Position numbers and translations under genes: made by a program. From Utricularia gibba (lineage: Eukaryota; Plantae; Magnoliophyta), in the NCBI GenBank assembly GCA_002189035.1, contig CM007989.1, positions 6,076,001 through 6,140,000 on the forward strand: a stretch of DNA of 64,000 nt, written 5' to 3'. The notes beneath the pieces were generated by a model, which saw only the letters and a list, made by a program, of their open reading frames with translations, did no database searches and was not told the origin of the DNA. Of the stretch, positions 1 through 10,684 are shown one piece after another (the first letter of the stretch is position 1; each line of letters starts with the position of its first letter).

Positions 1-1520
1 TCAAGCTCTGTTTTTATCAAAGTTAACATGTCTGTTTAATACCATCTTTTCTTCAATTGGATCCCATAAGGATTCCTAATTGACTTTTCTTTTCCAGTTT
101 GGTTCTTAGGGCATTTGGTATTAGCTAAAAATATATGCAGCCAAAAAATATAAGATGATCCATAACAAGTACTCTTTCTGTCCAAAGTTCATATGGAGTT
201 TTAAGTTTTGACGTACCTCATGCAGGTAGTTTGTTTAGCAGATATACCGAACAATTCACAGCCTCTCTTCAAAAGATCTTAGGTACGTTTCTTTCAAACA
301 AGAGACATTTGGTCATATCAAGTATTGTTCGATTTCGTCTTTCACTGACTCTATTATGTTGGGAGGTATAGGGGGTTGTAAATTGATGTGTGATGCCTTT
401 CATCTCACAGCGTTTCTTCAGTCGTGAGGTATATATTCACCTCCATTATTGGATCTAATATATTTGACCTTGTGACCACACTAATTTTTAGTTGCACCCT
501 TGAAGATTCTAAACTTGGAAACCATCTCAGCTTGGGATTTCATGAAGTAGACCCAAGAAAATTTGGTATAGTTATCAATGAATAACACAAAGTATTGATT
601 TCCTCTTCTTGTTTTAGGCTTTATCAGTCTGCACACATCAGAGTGGATTATCTGCAACGAAGTAGAGGCGATCCAACAACTTCTTTGAAATGGTAAGCTG
701 CTCATTTTTCCAAGTTTGCACACTTCAGAACACTCATTTACAATAGTCACATCATTCATACCGCTCATTAGATTTCCCTTATGCGATTTCAGCACACTTG
801 CTTGGTTTTGATGTTCAAATCTACGGAGCCACAACAACACATTTTCCTTTGATAGGGATTCTTGAGTAATATTGACACTGATGCTTCCCTTTTTGTCCAG
901 TCATTTGTTTGTGCACTTGTGCCACTACCTCTTTCTTCAAATTGCACACTCTCTCCATGTGTCCCTTTTGGTTGCAGAATGCACAAGTGCCTGATGGAAT
1001 CCCAACATTTTTCTAAAGTATGAGAGTTGGTGATTTTGCAATAGTAGCATGCAAGGAGATCATTTTGAGTGTTGGATGCTGTTGTGGTAGTCTTGAGAGC
1101 TGGAGGCTTGTAGATGGTTTTATTCTTGTGGTCAGTCTTGGCTTTTCCAAAAGATACTATGGTAGCAAAGGTCCTTTACTCATGTTTTACAGGTTTGATA
1201 TGAAGTTCAATTTGTTCCAAATTATCCAAAAGTTCCATATGATTGAATTTTCAAATGCACACAGTGGCCACCAAGGAGGCTATAATTGAGTTGTATGAGG
1301 CAGGCAAAGCATTGAGTGTGATGTCTTTGAGACATTTCTTATTAGATATTGCACCCACTAGTCTTAGTTTCCTATCTGCAACTTTGATAGTATTTATTAG
1401 ACAGTTAAAGGACTCACCTGGATTCAGTCTCAAAGTTACCAAGACTCTTCATTGATAGGCTATTTGAGCAGCCTTCGTTTTGGCATTGTCTAGGTGTGCC
1501 TTCTCTAGTTGCTCCCAAGC
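1..1520 (-). mobile_element. Degenerate Ty1/copia LTR-retrotransposon remnant (gag, GAG-pre-integrase, integrase core)
   Basis: Minus-strand ORF fragments: 1449-1652 (CNNSKEAWEQLEKAH..KTKAAQI) and 1251-1442 (LRLNPGESFNCLINTIK..ALPASYNSIIASL) are UBN2/gag-like. 481-840 (LQIIHSDVC..NQYFVLFIDNYTKFSWVYFMKSQAEMVSKFRIFK) is a copia integrase core, continuing at ~240-380 (YTSQHNRVSERRNRTILDMTKCLL). Many stops and frameshifts; runs off the window start. Confidence 0.9.
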
Positions 1521-1639
1521 TTCCTTGGAATTATTGCATTTCAGAATTGCAATGAGAAATTTTTTTAAGAGCATAATTGCAAAAACTTTTATTTGTAGAA
1601 TTTGTGGGAGGAGACTTATACAACGAAGAAGATTACGAA

Positions 1640-3620
1640 ATTCAAATATCAATTAATGCAATTATCGAAGGCAAGGACGCATTAGTAGATAGCAAACTTA
1701 TGTTCGTTAAAACAAAGATCGCAAAACAAACTTGTCTATTCCTTCTAGAATCTGGAAGATCCCGCAACTTCTTGTAAGAAAAGATGCTATTTGAGAACCT
1801 TATTAGATGTAACTCTAAAAAAGAAAGTATGTACAATCGTGGCTCATAGTAAATATAATAGTTTCAAGAGAGTTTGTAAGAATACAAAACTTAGTATCAA
1901 TGATTTTCCTATATGTAAACATTACATGTGTTCTTTTTGGCAACTTCAATGGAATTTTGGGGTATGATTGTTTCAAAACAATCAAACCTATAACTTAAGA
2001 TTTCAATTATAGTAAATATCCTTTGGTTGTGATTTAGAAACATATGAGATCAAAGGTTTCCACACGAACCAAGCATCAATGATAGAGCAAACTAATTCTT
2101 CTCAACTATGTGAATAGATTCAAAAAAAAATGTTGACCTCAAACTACCATATTTTTGAAGAATCCAAAGAATTACCATAAAGCAAGATACATGACCATAC
2201 ATTTGGTAGCAAGGGCCAAGCCATCTACTTGAAGACCTTATTGCTATCCTTATGAGTAGCGAGTCAAGATTGAAAACTCAATGCAAGAAATACATAAGAA
2301 ATGATGGATCAAGACCTTGTTACTATCCTTACATCATATTTATGAGCTCTCCTACCCTTGATTTCTAAATAAATAGAGTTTGAAAATTATAGAAAAACCA
2401 ATAGATAAATAACGTAATGCTCATTTTTTTTTAAATTAGATAGAAGGATTGATCATCATTATATTAGGATTCATGAAGTCATGATTACCAAAATAGTCCT
2501 TCAAATGATAGAAGGGCATTGTGAGTTCTTGATTATGTCATTTAGCTTAACTAACGCACTACCTATGTTCTAGAGCTTGATGATTTCGATCTTTCAATCA
2601 AACTTGTAGAAATTTGCATTAGTTATTTTTGTGATATCTTAATCTACAATAGGATTATGGAAGAACATATGAAATATTTACAACTTGTTTTTGAATTGGT
2701 GCATGATCAGCAATTGTATGTAAAGTTTCCAAATGTTTTTTTGTGTGAATAGAAAATCAAGTGCTTTTGACATATGATAGGAGCCAAAGGGATTTAGAAG
2801 AAAAGGTAGAAGCAACCTTCAATTGGCAAAAACCAAGGAACATCAAGGAGGAGCACATGTTTCTTTGGCAAGCAGGTTACTACATGTGCTTCATTGCTTA
2901 TTTTAGCAATATTGAAGGCCCTCTCACCACAACACTTAATAAAGATGATTTTTTTACGAATTGAAATAAGGAAGAAGGTCTATATCTAGTTGACGGAAGC
3001 TCTTACAACAACATTGCTACTAGCTACTCCAAATTGGAATGAATTTATATTCAAATATGAGGCTTCAAATGGAGGAATGAGAGTAGCTCTACATCAAGAT
3101 GATCACTCATCACATATTTCAAAAGAGGATTGAAGAGTAAGCATAAAAAACCTTGTGGCATATGATAATAAGCTAATTGTCATGGCCTATTTGATAAAAC
3201 ATAAGAAACAATATCTATGGGGATGATATTTTATGATGAGAACAAATCATAAAAGTTTACAATACAAGAATGACAACAAACGGAAACTCCTTTCAACAGC
3301 AATGCATGAGTAAGCCTTTAAGATATCACTTCAACATTGATTATCGAGACGGAAAAGAGATCAAGGCAATAGATGCCTTATGTGACATGGATAAGTATAT
3401 AATGTTACAAGTAGCCACTATTTCTATACTTCAATTCAACTTATTTGAGCAGGTGTCTCACAATCAGAAAAGTTCGAAGATGAAGAAACTCCTAAGGAAG
3501 ATTAAGGAAAAAAATCAAAAAAAATGGAGCAACATTAGAGGATAGATATATTATAGTAATTGGCTATATATTGACGAGACATCAGACCTACTGTCATTCA
3601 TTATGACCTATGTTCATAGT
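1640..3620 (+). mobile_element. Degenerate Ty3/gypsy (chromovirus-like) pol remnant: protease, RT, RNase H
   Basis: LLESGRSRNFL (~1740) resembles the retropepsin LLDSGS/ATHNF motif. EGHCEFLIMSFSLTNALPMF (~2512-2572) matches the RT motif [20 protein letters not shown]. ORF 2761-2964 (KVEATFNWQKPRNIKE..FLWQAGYY) is the RT-RNaseH linker. ORF 3270-3545 (YHFNIDYRDGKEIKAIDAL) is the RNase H end. Confidence 0.85.
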
Positions 3621-3699
3621 ACATTTCGTGATAGAACTCTTAAAACACTATAAAGAAATATAGTTATGATAAAAGAAAAATTTTGTAATGTCGTTCAAA

Positions 3700-4450
3700 T
3701 TGTAAATTTTTCAATCAAATAAATTTATAAACTTAATTCACATTCAATCATATGAAAAGTATGAGCATAGTAGACTAGGATCAAACACAAGGAACTATGA
3801 GGGTTGATGCATGATGTTTCTATCACGGTTGAAAAATTTAGTATAAGCTATGACTAATGCAAGTCTCCAATAAAAGGCCGTAAAGAAATAACAGGTAAAT
3901 TCGACTACTAACTAGAATAAGGTAATGTAATGCCTTAAACCTTTCAGAAGTGTCATGATCATTACTACACTTAACCACCCAATTTGATAATCATTCATCT
4001 GACAATACAAGGATTCATCTACCCAAATCCTTGATTTTCCTAACTTTTGGTCTACCTCTAGTTAGATTGCTTATGATGAACATAAACTTTCCCCTCCTGG
4101 ATCTACCCTGGTTTGATAAGGAAATTGTCTGATTACTGAGCTAATGTAGTCTAATAAGTAATAATCATGCACACTCCCTTCTACCTCAAGGTATTACGTG
4201 TATTTAGCCACTCATACTGAAGTAAAAGGAAACAATTTCATAACATAACAATCAAAACATGTTTAAGTCGTAGTACTACAACAAGGAAAGAAACATAAAC
4301 ATAAATAGAAATCATAAATAGTTCACGCAGAAAATTAAAACTACTCCCGACTAAGAATAGTGTTTTTGATAAATAAAAGGAAAGTTAAGAGGTAAGATTT
4401 AATCCTGGTTTCATCTTCTTCGTCTTCCATCATTCTGCTACGATTTTCTA
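3700..4450 (-). repeat. Athila-type LTR-like fragment interrupting the gypsy remnant
   Basis: Shares motifs (ggtctacctct, ccttaaggtatt/ctcaaggtatt, aaaacatg) with 5040-5500 and 47900-48700, and in reverse orientation with 53900-54720, which lies beside an Athila coding remnant. Boundaries approximate. Confidence 0.5.
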
Positions 4451-4599
4451 CTCCATCCCCTCCCCAGAATTGTTTTCGTGTTGTTCACTAGAGAGATATT
4501 TTTCTCCCCACTTTGTTATGCTGCTATGAAGGAGATTCAAAGCTGGCAATGCTGGAATTGTCGTTAAGGGACTGAGATGAAGTACTCAAATTACCAAAA

Positions 4600-5030
4600 A
4601 GTAAATCTTTTGAAGAGTCAAAAAATGATGGAGAGATACTACAATGATGAGTACAAGAAAATAGAATTTCAAATAGAAGAATTTGTTTAGTTTAAATTGA
4701 CTCTATCTCAATAAGATGGTCTTATAGGGAGGCAGTATTACAAATTATAACTCAAGTGTTTTGGAACTTTATAGATCAGACACATGATAGAGGAACTTGT
4801 GTATTAACATAAACTACTAGTAGGCACTCAATTAGACCCTATCTTCTATGTTTCCAAGTTAAAACAATTTAGCGGTGACTCTACATTTATTCAAACATTA
4901 TCAATGATAATGCATGAAATGAAGTAAACAAGCAGATTATTTTAGAGAGTTGTGGTTCTACTAAGAATCCTCAACTACTAATGCGTTGGTAGGATATTCA
5001 CCAGCTGAAGCAACCTAGGAAAATATTGTC
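4600..5030 (+). mobile_element. Ty3/gypsy integrase C-terminus and chromodomain remnant
   Basis: Decayed translation resembles YKL..P.GTQLDPIFYVSKLKQF (cf. AYKLELP..SRIHPVFHVSQLKK) at ~4800-4870 and LLMRW*DIHQLKQPR / EATWE-like chromodomain sequence at ~4975-5020. Confidence 0.7.
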
Positions 5031-5039
5031 ACTCTACTA

Positions 5040-5500
5040 CCCACGCCATTTATTGTATTTTTAGTTAATATAGCCCCTAATCTCATTACTCATCCTATAC
5101 TTAGATCTATTCATATGCGAGATGTGTAGAACTAGGTCTATCCGACTATATTGTTTCTATCTAGGACTAATATCTACTATCTCCGTCTTGATTTGTTGGT
5201 CTACCTCTAAATTAAGTATAATGGAGAAGCTAATTGTTTCCTCCCCCCCCCCCCTCCTTTAGGTCAACCTGAGGAATGATAGAAACAAAAGTTAAGAAAC
5301 ATTGATCAATTATCTTATTAACCCTAATCCCACTTAACCATTCTACACCTTAAGGTATTCCTAAAATCTAACTATTCATGTGTGTAAAATAAAACATGAT
5401 ATCATTAAGGTAAAATAGCCAAAATATCAAAGACATCGTGAGACAGTTAGTCACAGAAACTAAAAAACATTCAACAAACGAAAATAAAGTAGAAATAGTT
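5040..5500 (-). repeat. Athila-type LTR-like fragment
   Basis: Contains actaggtcta, ggtctacctctaaa, ccttaaggtattcct and aaataaaacatgat, which are shared with 47900-48700. Confidence 0.5.
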
Positions 5501-5599
5501 TTGATTTCCACCTACTACTGTTCATAAGACTCCCATCCTCAAGAACACCACCAAGACCCAATTCAACGCTATTGTTTCGAGCCAATATTTATTACCCTC

Positions 5600-6240
5600 A
5601 ATATCTTAATTATTTGAATTACTTCTCTCACGAGGCTCTTCATCATCTCAAATGAGACCATATCAACTTTGATCATTAGTAATAATGTGGCAACTATCTT
5701 CATCAATGATGACATGAGTGCTAATTACAACTTTTTTTCAAGTATAAAAATTTGATAACCCTTAGTTACCTTTTTGTAACCTACAAGAATTTCAACTTGA
5801 AGTTGTTCATCTAGTTTTGTTTTCACTTCATCAGGTATGTGAACAAAACTTACATTTTTGAAAACCTTCAAGTTTCCTCATCTACATTGATGGCCATGCC
5901 ACATTTCATAAATAGTTTTTCCTTGTAAAGATTTCAAAGGTAGCATATTAAGCAAATAAATTGTTGTGAGCTTCAATCCAAAGATAAATAGCTAGATTTT
6001 TCTCAGACAACCAACATCTATTCATCTCCAGAATAATTCGATTTTTACTTTCAGAAGTTCTATTTTTGTTTAGGGAAGTATGGTGGCTGAAGTAACAAAT
6101 GATTTCCTTATCATTATATAACCTTTTCAATACATTGCTAAGATCATTTCCATCATTGTCCGATTTGAATAGTTCGATTTTTTTGTTATTTTGATTCTCA
6201 ACTATGGTTTTGAACTTTGTGAATGCATCATATTTTGATC
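5600..6240 (-). mobile_element. Ty1/copia integrase/SH3 remnant
   Basis: ORF 5948-6130 (NKNRTSESKNRIILEMNRCWLSEKNLAIYLWIEA) matches copia QNGVAERKNRTILEMARCML..KNLP..FWAEA. At ~5780-5880 VSFVHIPDEVKTKLDE..VGYK is the post-integrase SH3 motif. Confidence 0.85.
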
Positions 6241-6782
6241 CTTTCTGTTGATAAAATATATGACTTTAACAATAGAAGATTTTATTTTTATAAAAAAAGA
6301 CTTTATATGTGAAAAGAAATATTTATATTAAAAAATGAATACATACATGAAATATTTATATTATGTTGGAATCTTAGTATTTAAAATATTTTTAAAAGGT
6401 CATTTTAACAAGACAAATTATTAGTATGTTTGGAATATCTTTTAAATATACACAAATGTTACAAAAGGATTTTATTTTTAAAAATATTTAGAAGTGTTTG
6501 TTATTTTTAGGAATGGTTTTAAGTAACTTCTATTTATATTATAATTTTAATAAATTTTAGTAATGGCAAATTATATTTTATTCAAAAAAATAAATAGGAG
6601 ATCTATCATCTTTTATATTAAAAGAAATTCTGGAAAAAAATAAAAATAAAATGCATAGCAAGTGCGAACATTTGGCGTTGGGTGGGACAGGAGTGGAGGT
6701 CTTGTGCTGTTAGAACTCTGAAGGCGTTCAGTGAAGGAAATGATGAATGATCCTAAGCTCCCTACGCAGGAGATGATGTCTG

Positions 6783-8059
6783 TCACATGAGCATGGACTC
6801 CAGGTTTCTGCGGAAAACTTTTAGCATTTCAGTGAAGGTTACAATCCCAACGACGGTGGAGTCATCCTCAATCACCCAGACATACGCCACGCGATGGGCG
6901 AGGGCTTGGACCATCACTGCCACCAGCGAGCTCCATGGATGGCACACCATCGCCTCCGCCCGTCTCACCATTCGAACCGAGTAGCAGCAGCCACTCGACC
7001 TGCTACACGAGCCGCCAGGCTTCGACACGGGAGAAGACGAAAGGTCATCGTCCACCGGCAGCAACTCCATCATCCCTTCCAGCTTCTTCCTTTTCAACTC
7101 CTCCTCCACTTTTTTCACTATTTCTCCGGGTGGGCCGCCGCAGTCTATATACGCCATCAGGTCCCCTGCGGAGAGAGTCACGATAGCGGCGGCCACTGAC
7201 TCGTCGCAAGTGGCCAGTGCGGAAGGAGATATTTCGCCGATTAGGGTTCCTCTGCTGTCAACTACAGCAACAGAAGTTTGATCGGCAAGGGACGCAAGCA
7301 TAAGCCCAATTGCTGAGATAGCGGGGGAGTGATAGTTGATTGCCGGGAAATCAGAGTTAATTATGCCAAGAGATTCTATAGATTGAGATGAGATTGGCGA
7401 GAATAAGCCCACCGAACTTAAGAAGAATCGGATCACATCTTCTTGAGTCAACCAACAATACTCTTGGCTGCTGTGATTCGTGAGAGTTGGGGGTGAACTT
7501 GAGGATCTTGGAAGCTGTTTCCGCCGATTCCTACTTTTAATTGGAACCACAAGATTCTGCGCGCCTTCGAGCATCAAGTCTATGGCGTCTAGCAAGCTGC
7601 ACACATAACGCAGAAATTGGAGAAAATTACCAAGGCAGTTAAAAACAAATTGAACACCGCAAATGAAATTTCAACCCAGATCTGGTATCGAAAAGGCCAA
7701 GAGATCATCAGCTGACACGGTTACCTAGTAGAGGACTCAACTTGGCGGACAGTACCCGTATCTTTCGTCAGTAAAACAGTAACCGGGGAGCGGAGAGCCG
7801 CACCAGGGGCACACAAATTCTCTTCCTTACAAAGATGGAAAATTATATCTACCATGCAGGCCTTCCCCAAACAGAGGCAGTTTAGAGTGTTGACGTTGGA
7901 GGAGGAATGGTCGCAGCTCCAAACGCTGACGGCGTTATCGTCAGAGGATTTAATCGCGGCGAGAGCTTCAGCGACTGAGGCGGCGGCGGAGAGAGTCCGC
8001 AGAGGAGGCTTTCCGATGCAGAGATCTGCAACCTCGTAGGACAACAAGCCAATTGCCAT
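6783..8059 (-). CDS. CBSX5: CBS domain-containing protein, CBSX5-like (382 aa, 2 exons)
   Basis: Model: exon 1 8059-7725 (MAIGLLSYEVADLCIGKPPLRTL..; donor AG|GTAA), exon 2 7596-6783 (acceptor tgtgcag|; LLDAIDLMLEGAQNLVVPI..YCWLTQEDVIRF..AEAMVCHPWSSLVAVMVQALAHRVAYVWVIEDD..VGIVTFTEML). Splice phases are compatible and the total is 1149 nt. These motifs are characteristic of plant CBSX5. Confidence 0.93.
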
Positions 8060-8164
8060 GCAACGGCGGAGTTCGGAGGGCGGCGGGGAGAGAGTCACCC
8101 AAGAAGGCGCAGCGGAGCAGGAAAAGCAAGAGCAATAGCAGCTTAAGCGGGGAGGGCGGATCCG

Positions 8165-8172
8165 TATTTATA
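8165..8172 (-). promoter_or_regulatory. TATA box (TATAAATA) of the CBSX5-like gene
   Basis: Perfect TATAAATA on the minus strand ~110 bp upstream of the ATG at 8059. Confidence 0.6.
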
Positions 8173-8342
8173 CCTGAACGCAGGGATTAGTCAATTAATC
8201 CCGCTTAATCCATACATCTAAATTTCTAATCATGAGAATAAAAGATTTACTTTTTAATTAGTTTATTTCGTATTATTAATTTTATTTTAAATTATTGTAG
8301 ACAACCCAACATATGCACCATCATCTTCGCCTTCAGAGATGA

Positions 8343-9538
8343 CTACGTTTCCCCCCTGCATCCCAATTCCCGTTGCTTGCAGCCGACCCGGCAGCCATGG
8401 CGTGGAGGCTTCGCAGAGGCATCGTCAGGATCACTGGACTCGAGGAGGAGTCCTCTAAGGCATCTTCTTCGGACCCTCGATTTCTTCTCCTGGTTCATTC
8501 CCGTTGCCGGCTTCAAGTCTGGAGAAACGCTTTTACGACGGCCTGAAAGGGTAAGCTCCTGAGGAATATGGCTAACATTCATGCGAACTCCTGGATTTCT
8601 TTCCGCAATTGAAGCGTTGAATAAAATGGAGTTGTTCACTCCCTGTGCGTTGTTGTTAACATACGCCTCTGCTGGGTGTTCCTTGCCTTTAGCTGCCTCG
8701 CCATTTTCTTCCTCACTTTCCTCTGGACATATCTTATATCCCCGGTGAATGCGAACCGGTTTGTCTCGGGGGGAAGAATTCGGCATTTCCATTGTTGCGC
8801 CTCTGTTGTCTCCGGCAAGTGTTACCACATTCATTGGCATGTTGTTTCCCATCGCCAGCTTCGATTTCAGAATGCCGTCTCTGATTATGTTTCGAGGTAG
8901 AACGGATTCGGTATAAGCGTCAGAAAAGTAGACCATCTTCCTGTGCACTGAATCCGGGTCACGGCTTCCCTGCGTTTGCATATCTTCTTTCACATCTCTC
9001 ATTTCTTCAATCAGAGATTCATGGCTTTTTACTTCCCCGACCTTTTCGCCAATGGCACCATTCTCTGCAACATTCATGGCAACCTCCCCTTCATTCATTT
9101 CTGGTTCACTGTTCTTCTCATCGGCAACCAAGGCTTCCCTTTCTCGACCCTCGTTACTTACCCCTGACTGTGAATACTGCCGTACATCCTTTTGGAAACC
9201 AGAGGATGAAGGTTTAGGAGGCGGTTCTGGAGAAGCCCAGAAAGAACCAACTGGGATTCGGGCTTCCCCGATGACAGGGATCGCCTATCCTCCGGAATCG
9301 GTGATGGTATTTCACCGAGGTGTTCTATCCGGTCAGCCAACTTCTGTTGTTCCTCAGCCTTGTCAACTTCCATACCTGGTGATGGGCCGTCAGTCAAAGT
9401 GGTGCTAGCGGTCCCGCCCCTTGTGCCATTTCCGGGCGCCCTCGTAGCCAGGGCCGCGTGTCGTGTAGATCGCCGGTTCACCTGTGGGCGCCCTGAACTC
9501 GAAGGCCAGAAGCGGAACAGGGATTTCCGGTCCACCAT
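8343..9538 (-). CDS. Uncharacterised plant protein (~398 aa if one base is restored); apparent -1 frameshift near 9236-9238
   Basis: The ATG at 9538 (MVDRKSLFRFW..) frame stops at 9158. The -1 frame is open from ~9285 to the stop at 8343 and carries conserved-looking blocks (YVNNNAQGVNNSILFNASIAERNPGV; RRRCLRGLLLESSD..KPPRHGCR). Adding one G to TCT GGG CT joins them as ..ESQLVLSGASPEPPPKPSS.. Confidence 0.75.
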
Positions 9539-10131
9539 GGTTTCGAATATAAGAAAAGAGAGACAGCTTTATGTTCTTATGCAGATACCTGTGCCTGAAG
9601 GAAAACCCTTCAAGCTTTCTTCACCTTGTGTTGTTCTACTTGGTATTTATTCCTTCTCCCAGTTAGCAGCAAGGCTGAACTTCTAAGAAAAGAACAAAGA
9701 AACTGTTGATATGAATGGTGGAACAGGAAGAAAACATTCTGCATTACCCACCCCAGCACTGATATTAAGTTAGGGAATAAGAGAAAGAACTCCGATCTCC
9801 ATGATGGCATGGCCTCATGGCCCAAAGTGGTAACTGCGGAAAGCTGTTTCCTTCTCTTCCCGGCTGTGCAGCCTGGAATGGTGACAAGGACAATTCATTC
9901 CACTAAGTCCAAAATAAAAGGGACCATGGGTGCGAAGGAGTAGACGGGGAAGGCGTGCCCACCCACACCCCATGCCTGTGCCTCCTTCCTTCGGTGTAAA
10001 ATAAGCAAGGTGTTCCGCAAGTGTCGGATCCACGTGCCGAGGGGAGAATGTTTGCAGAGGACACCGCTTCACAGGTTGATTCTTTTAGATCTGATGCGAA
10101 GAAACTTCCTGATTGAGAGATAAGTAGCAGC

Positions 10132-10341
10132 ATGGTATGCTTCTGTTTTCTGGTGGATCAGAAGACGGCGGTGCGGCGAAGGAAGCCGGTTGCAGGGAGC
10201 TGTTCACGGTGCGGCCACGGGGCCGTGGTCGCGGACATGAAGACTCTCACGAGGTTCTGCGCCATCCCCTTCTTCTGGAGTTCCTGGAAAGCCATTGTTT
10301 GTAGCGTCTGCGGAGCAATTCTCAAGTCCTACAGGTCCTGA
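10132..10341 (+). CDS. Small zinc-ribbon protein (69 aa; plant zinc_ribbon_15-type family)
   Basis: Single-exon ORF MVCFCFLVDQKTAVRRRKPVAGSCSRCGHGAVVADMKTLTRFCAIPFFWSSWKAIVCSVCGAILKSYRS with two CxxC pairs and the family motif ADMKT.TRFC..PF.W.SW.AI.C..CGA.L. Confidence 0.9.
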   Translation: MVCFCFLVDQKTAVRRRKPVAGSCSRCGHGAVVADMKTLTRFCAIPFFWSSWKAIVCSVCGAILKSYRS

Positions 10342-10684
10342 GAATTAAACCCTATCACTACTCTCTCTGTATTGCAGCTCTTCCAAAAAATGTGTTAGTT
10401 TGCTTCTTATGGTGCGTTGCATCTCAAGCCATTGTCTGCATGAGTTGATTGCCCATCAGAATGCTTGGGTTTCTTGAGGCTTGTTAAGAACGTAATCACA
10501 ACATAAAGAGAGATGTGTTGAGATCAATGAAATGTAGGAGAAGAATAGGTTCCTTCACTTGCTGCAACATCCACAAGAACAGGTCGTGAATCCATGCAGT
10601 AAACAAATAAGGACGATTCATAGGCCATCCCCAGACATTGGAAGTGCTCTTTCCAGAGGTCATTATTCAGAAGCCATCCCCAGC

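Noticed and set aside
6787-7199. Plus-strand ORFs overlapping CBSX5 (also those overlapping patellin at 59961-60744 and the 398-aa gene)
   Set aside because: Antisense shadows of GC-rich coding sequence; no recognisable motifs.
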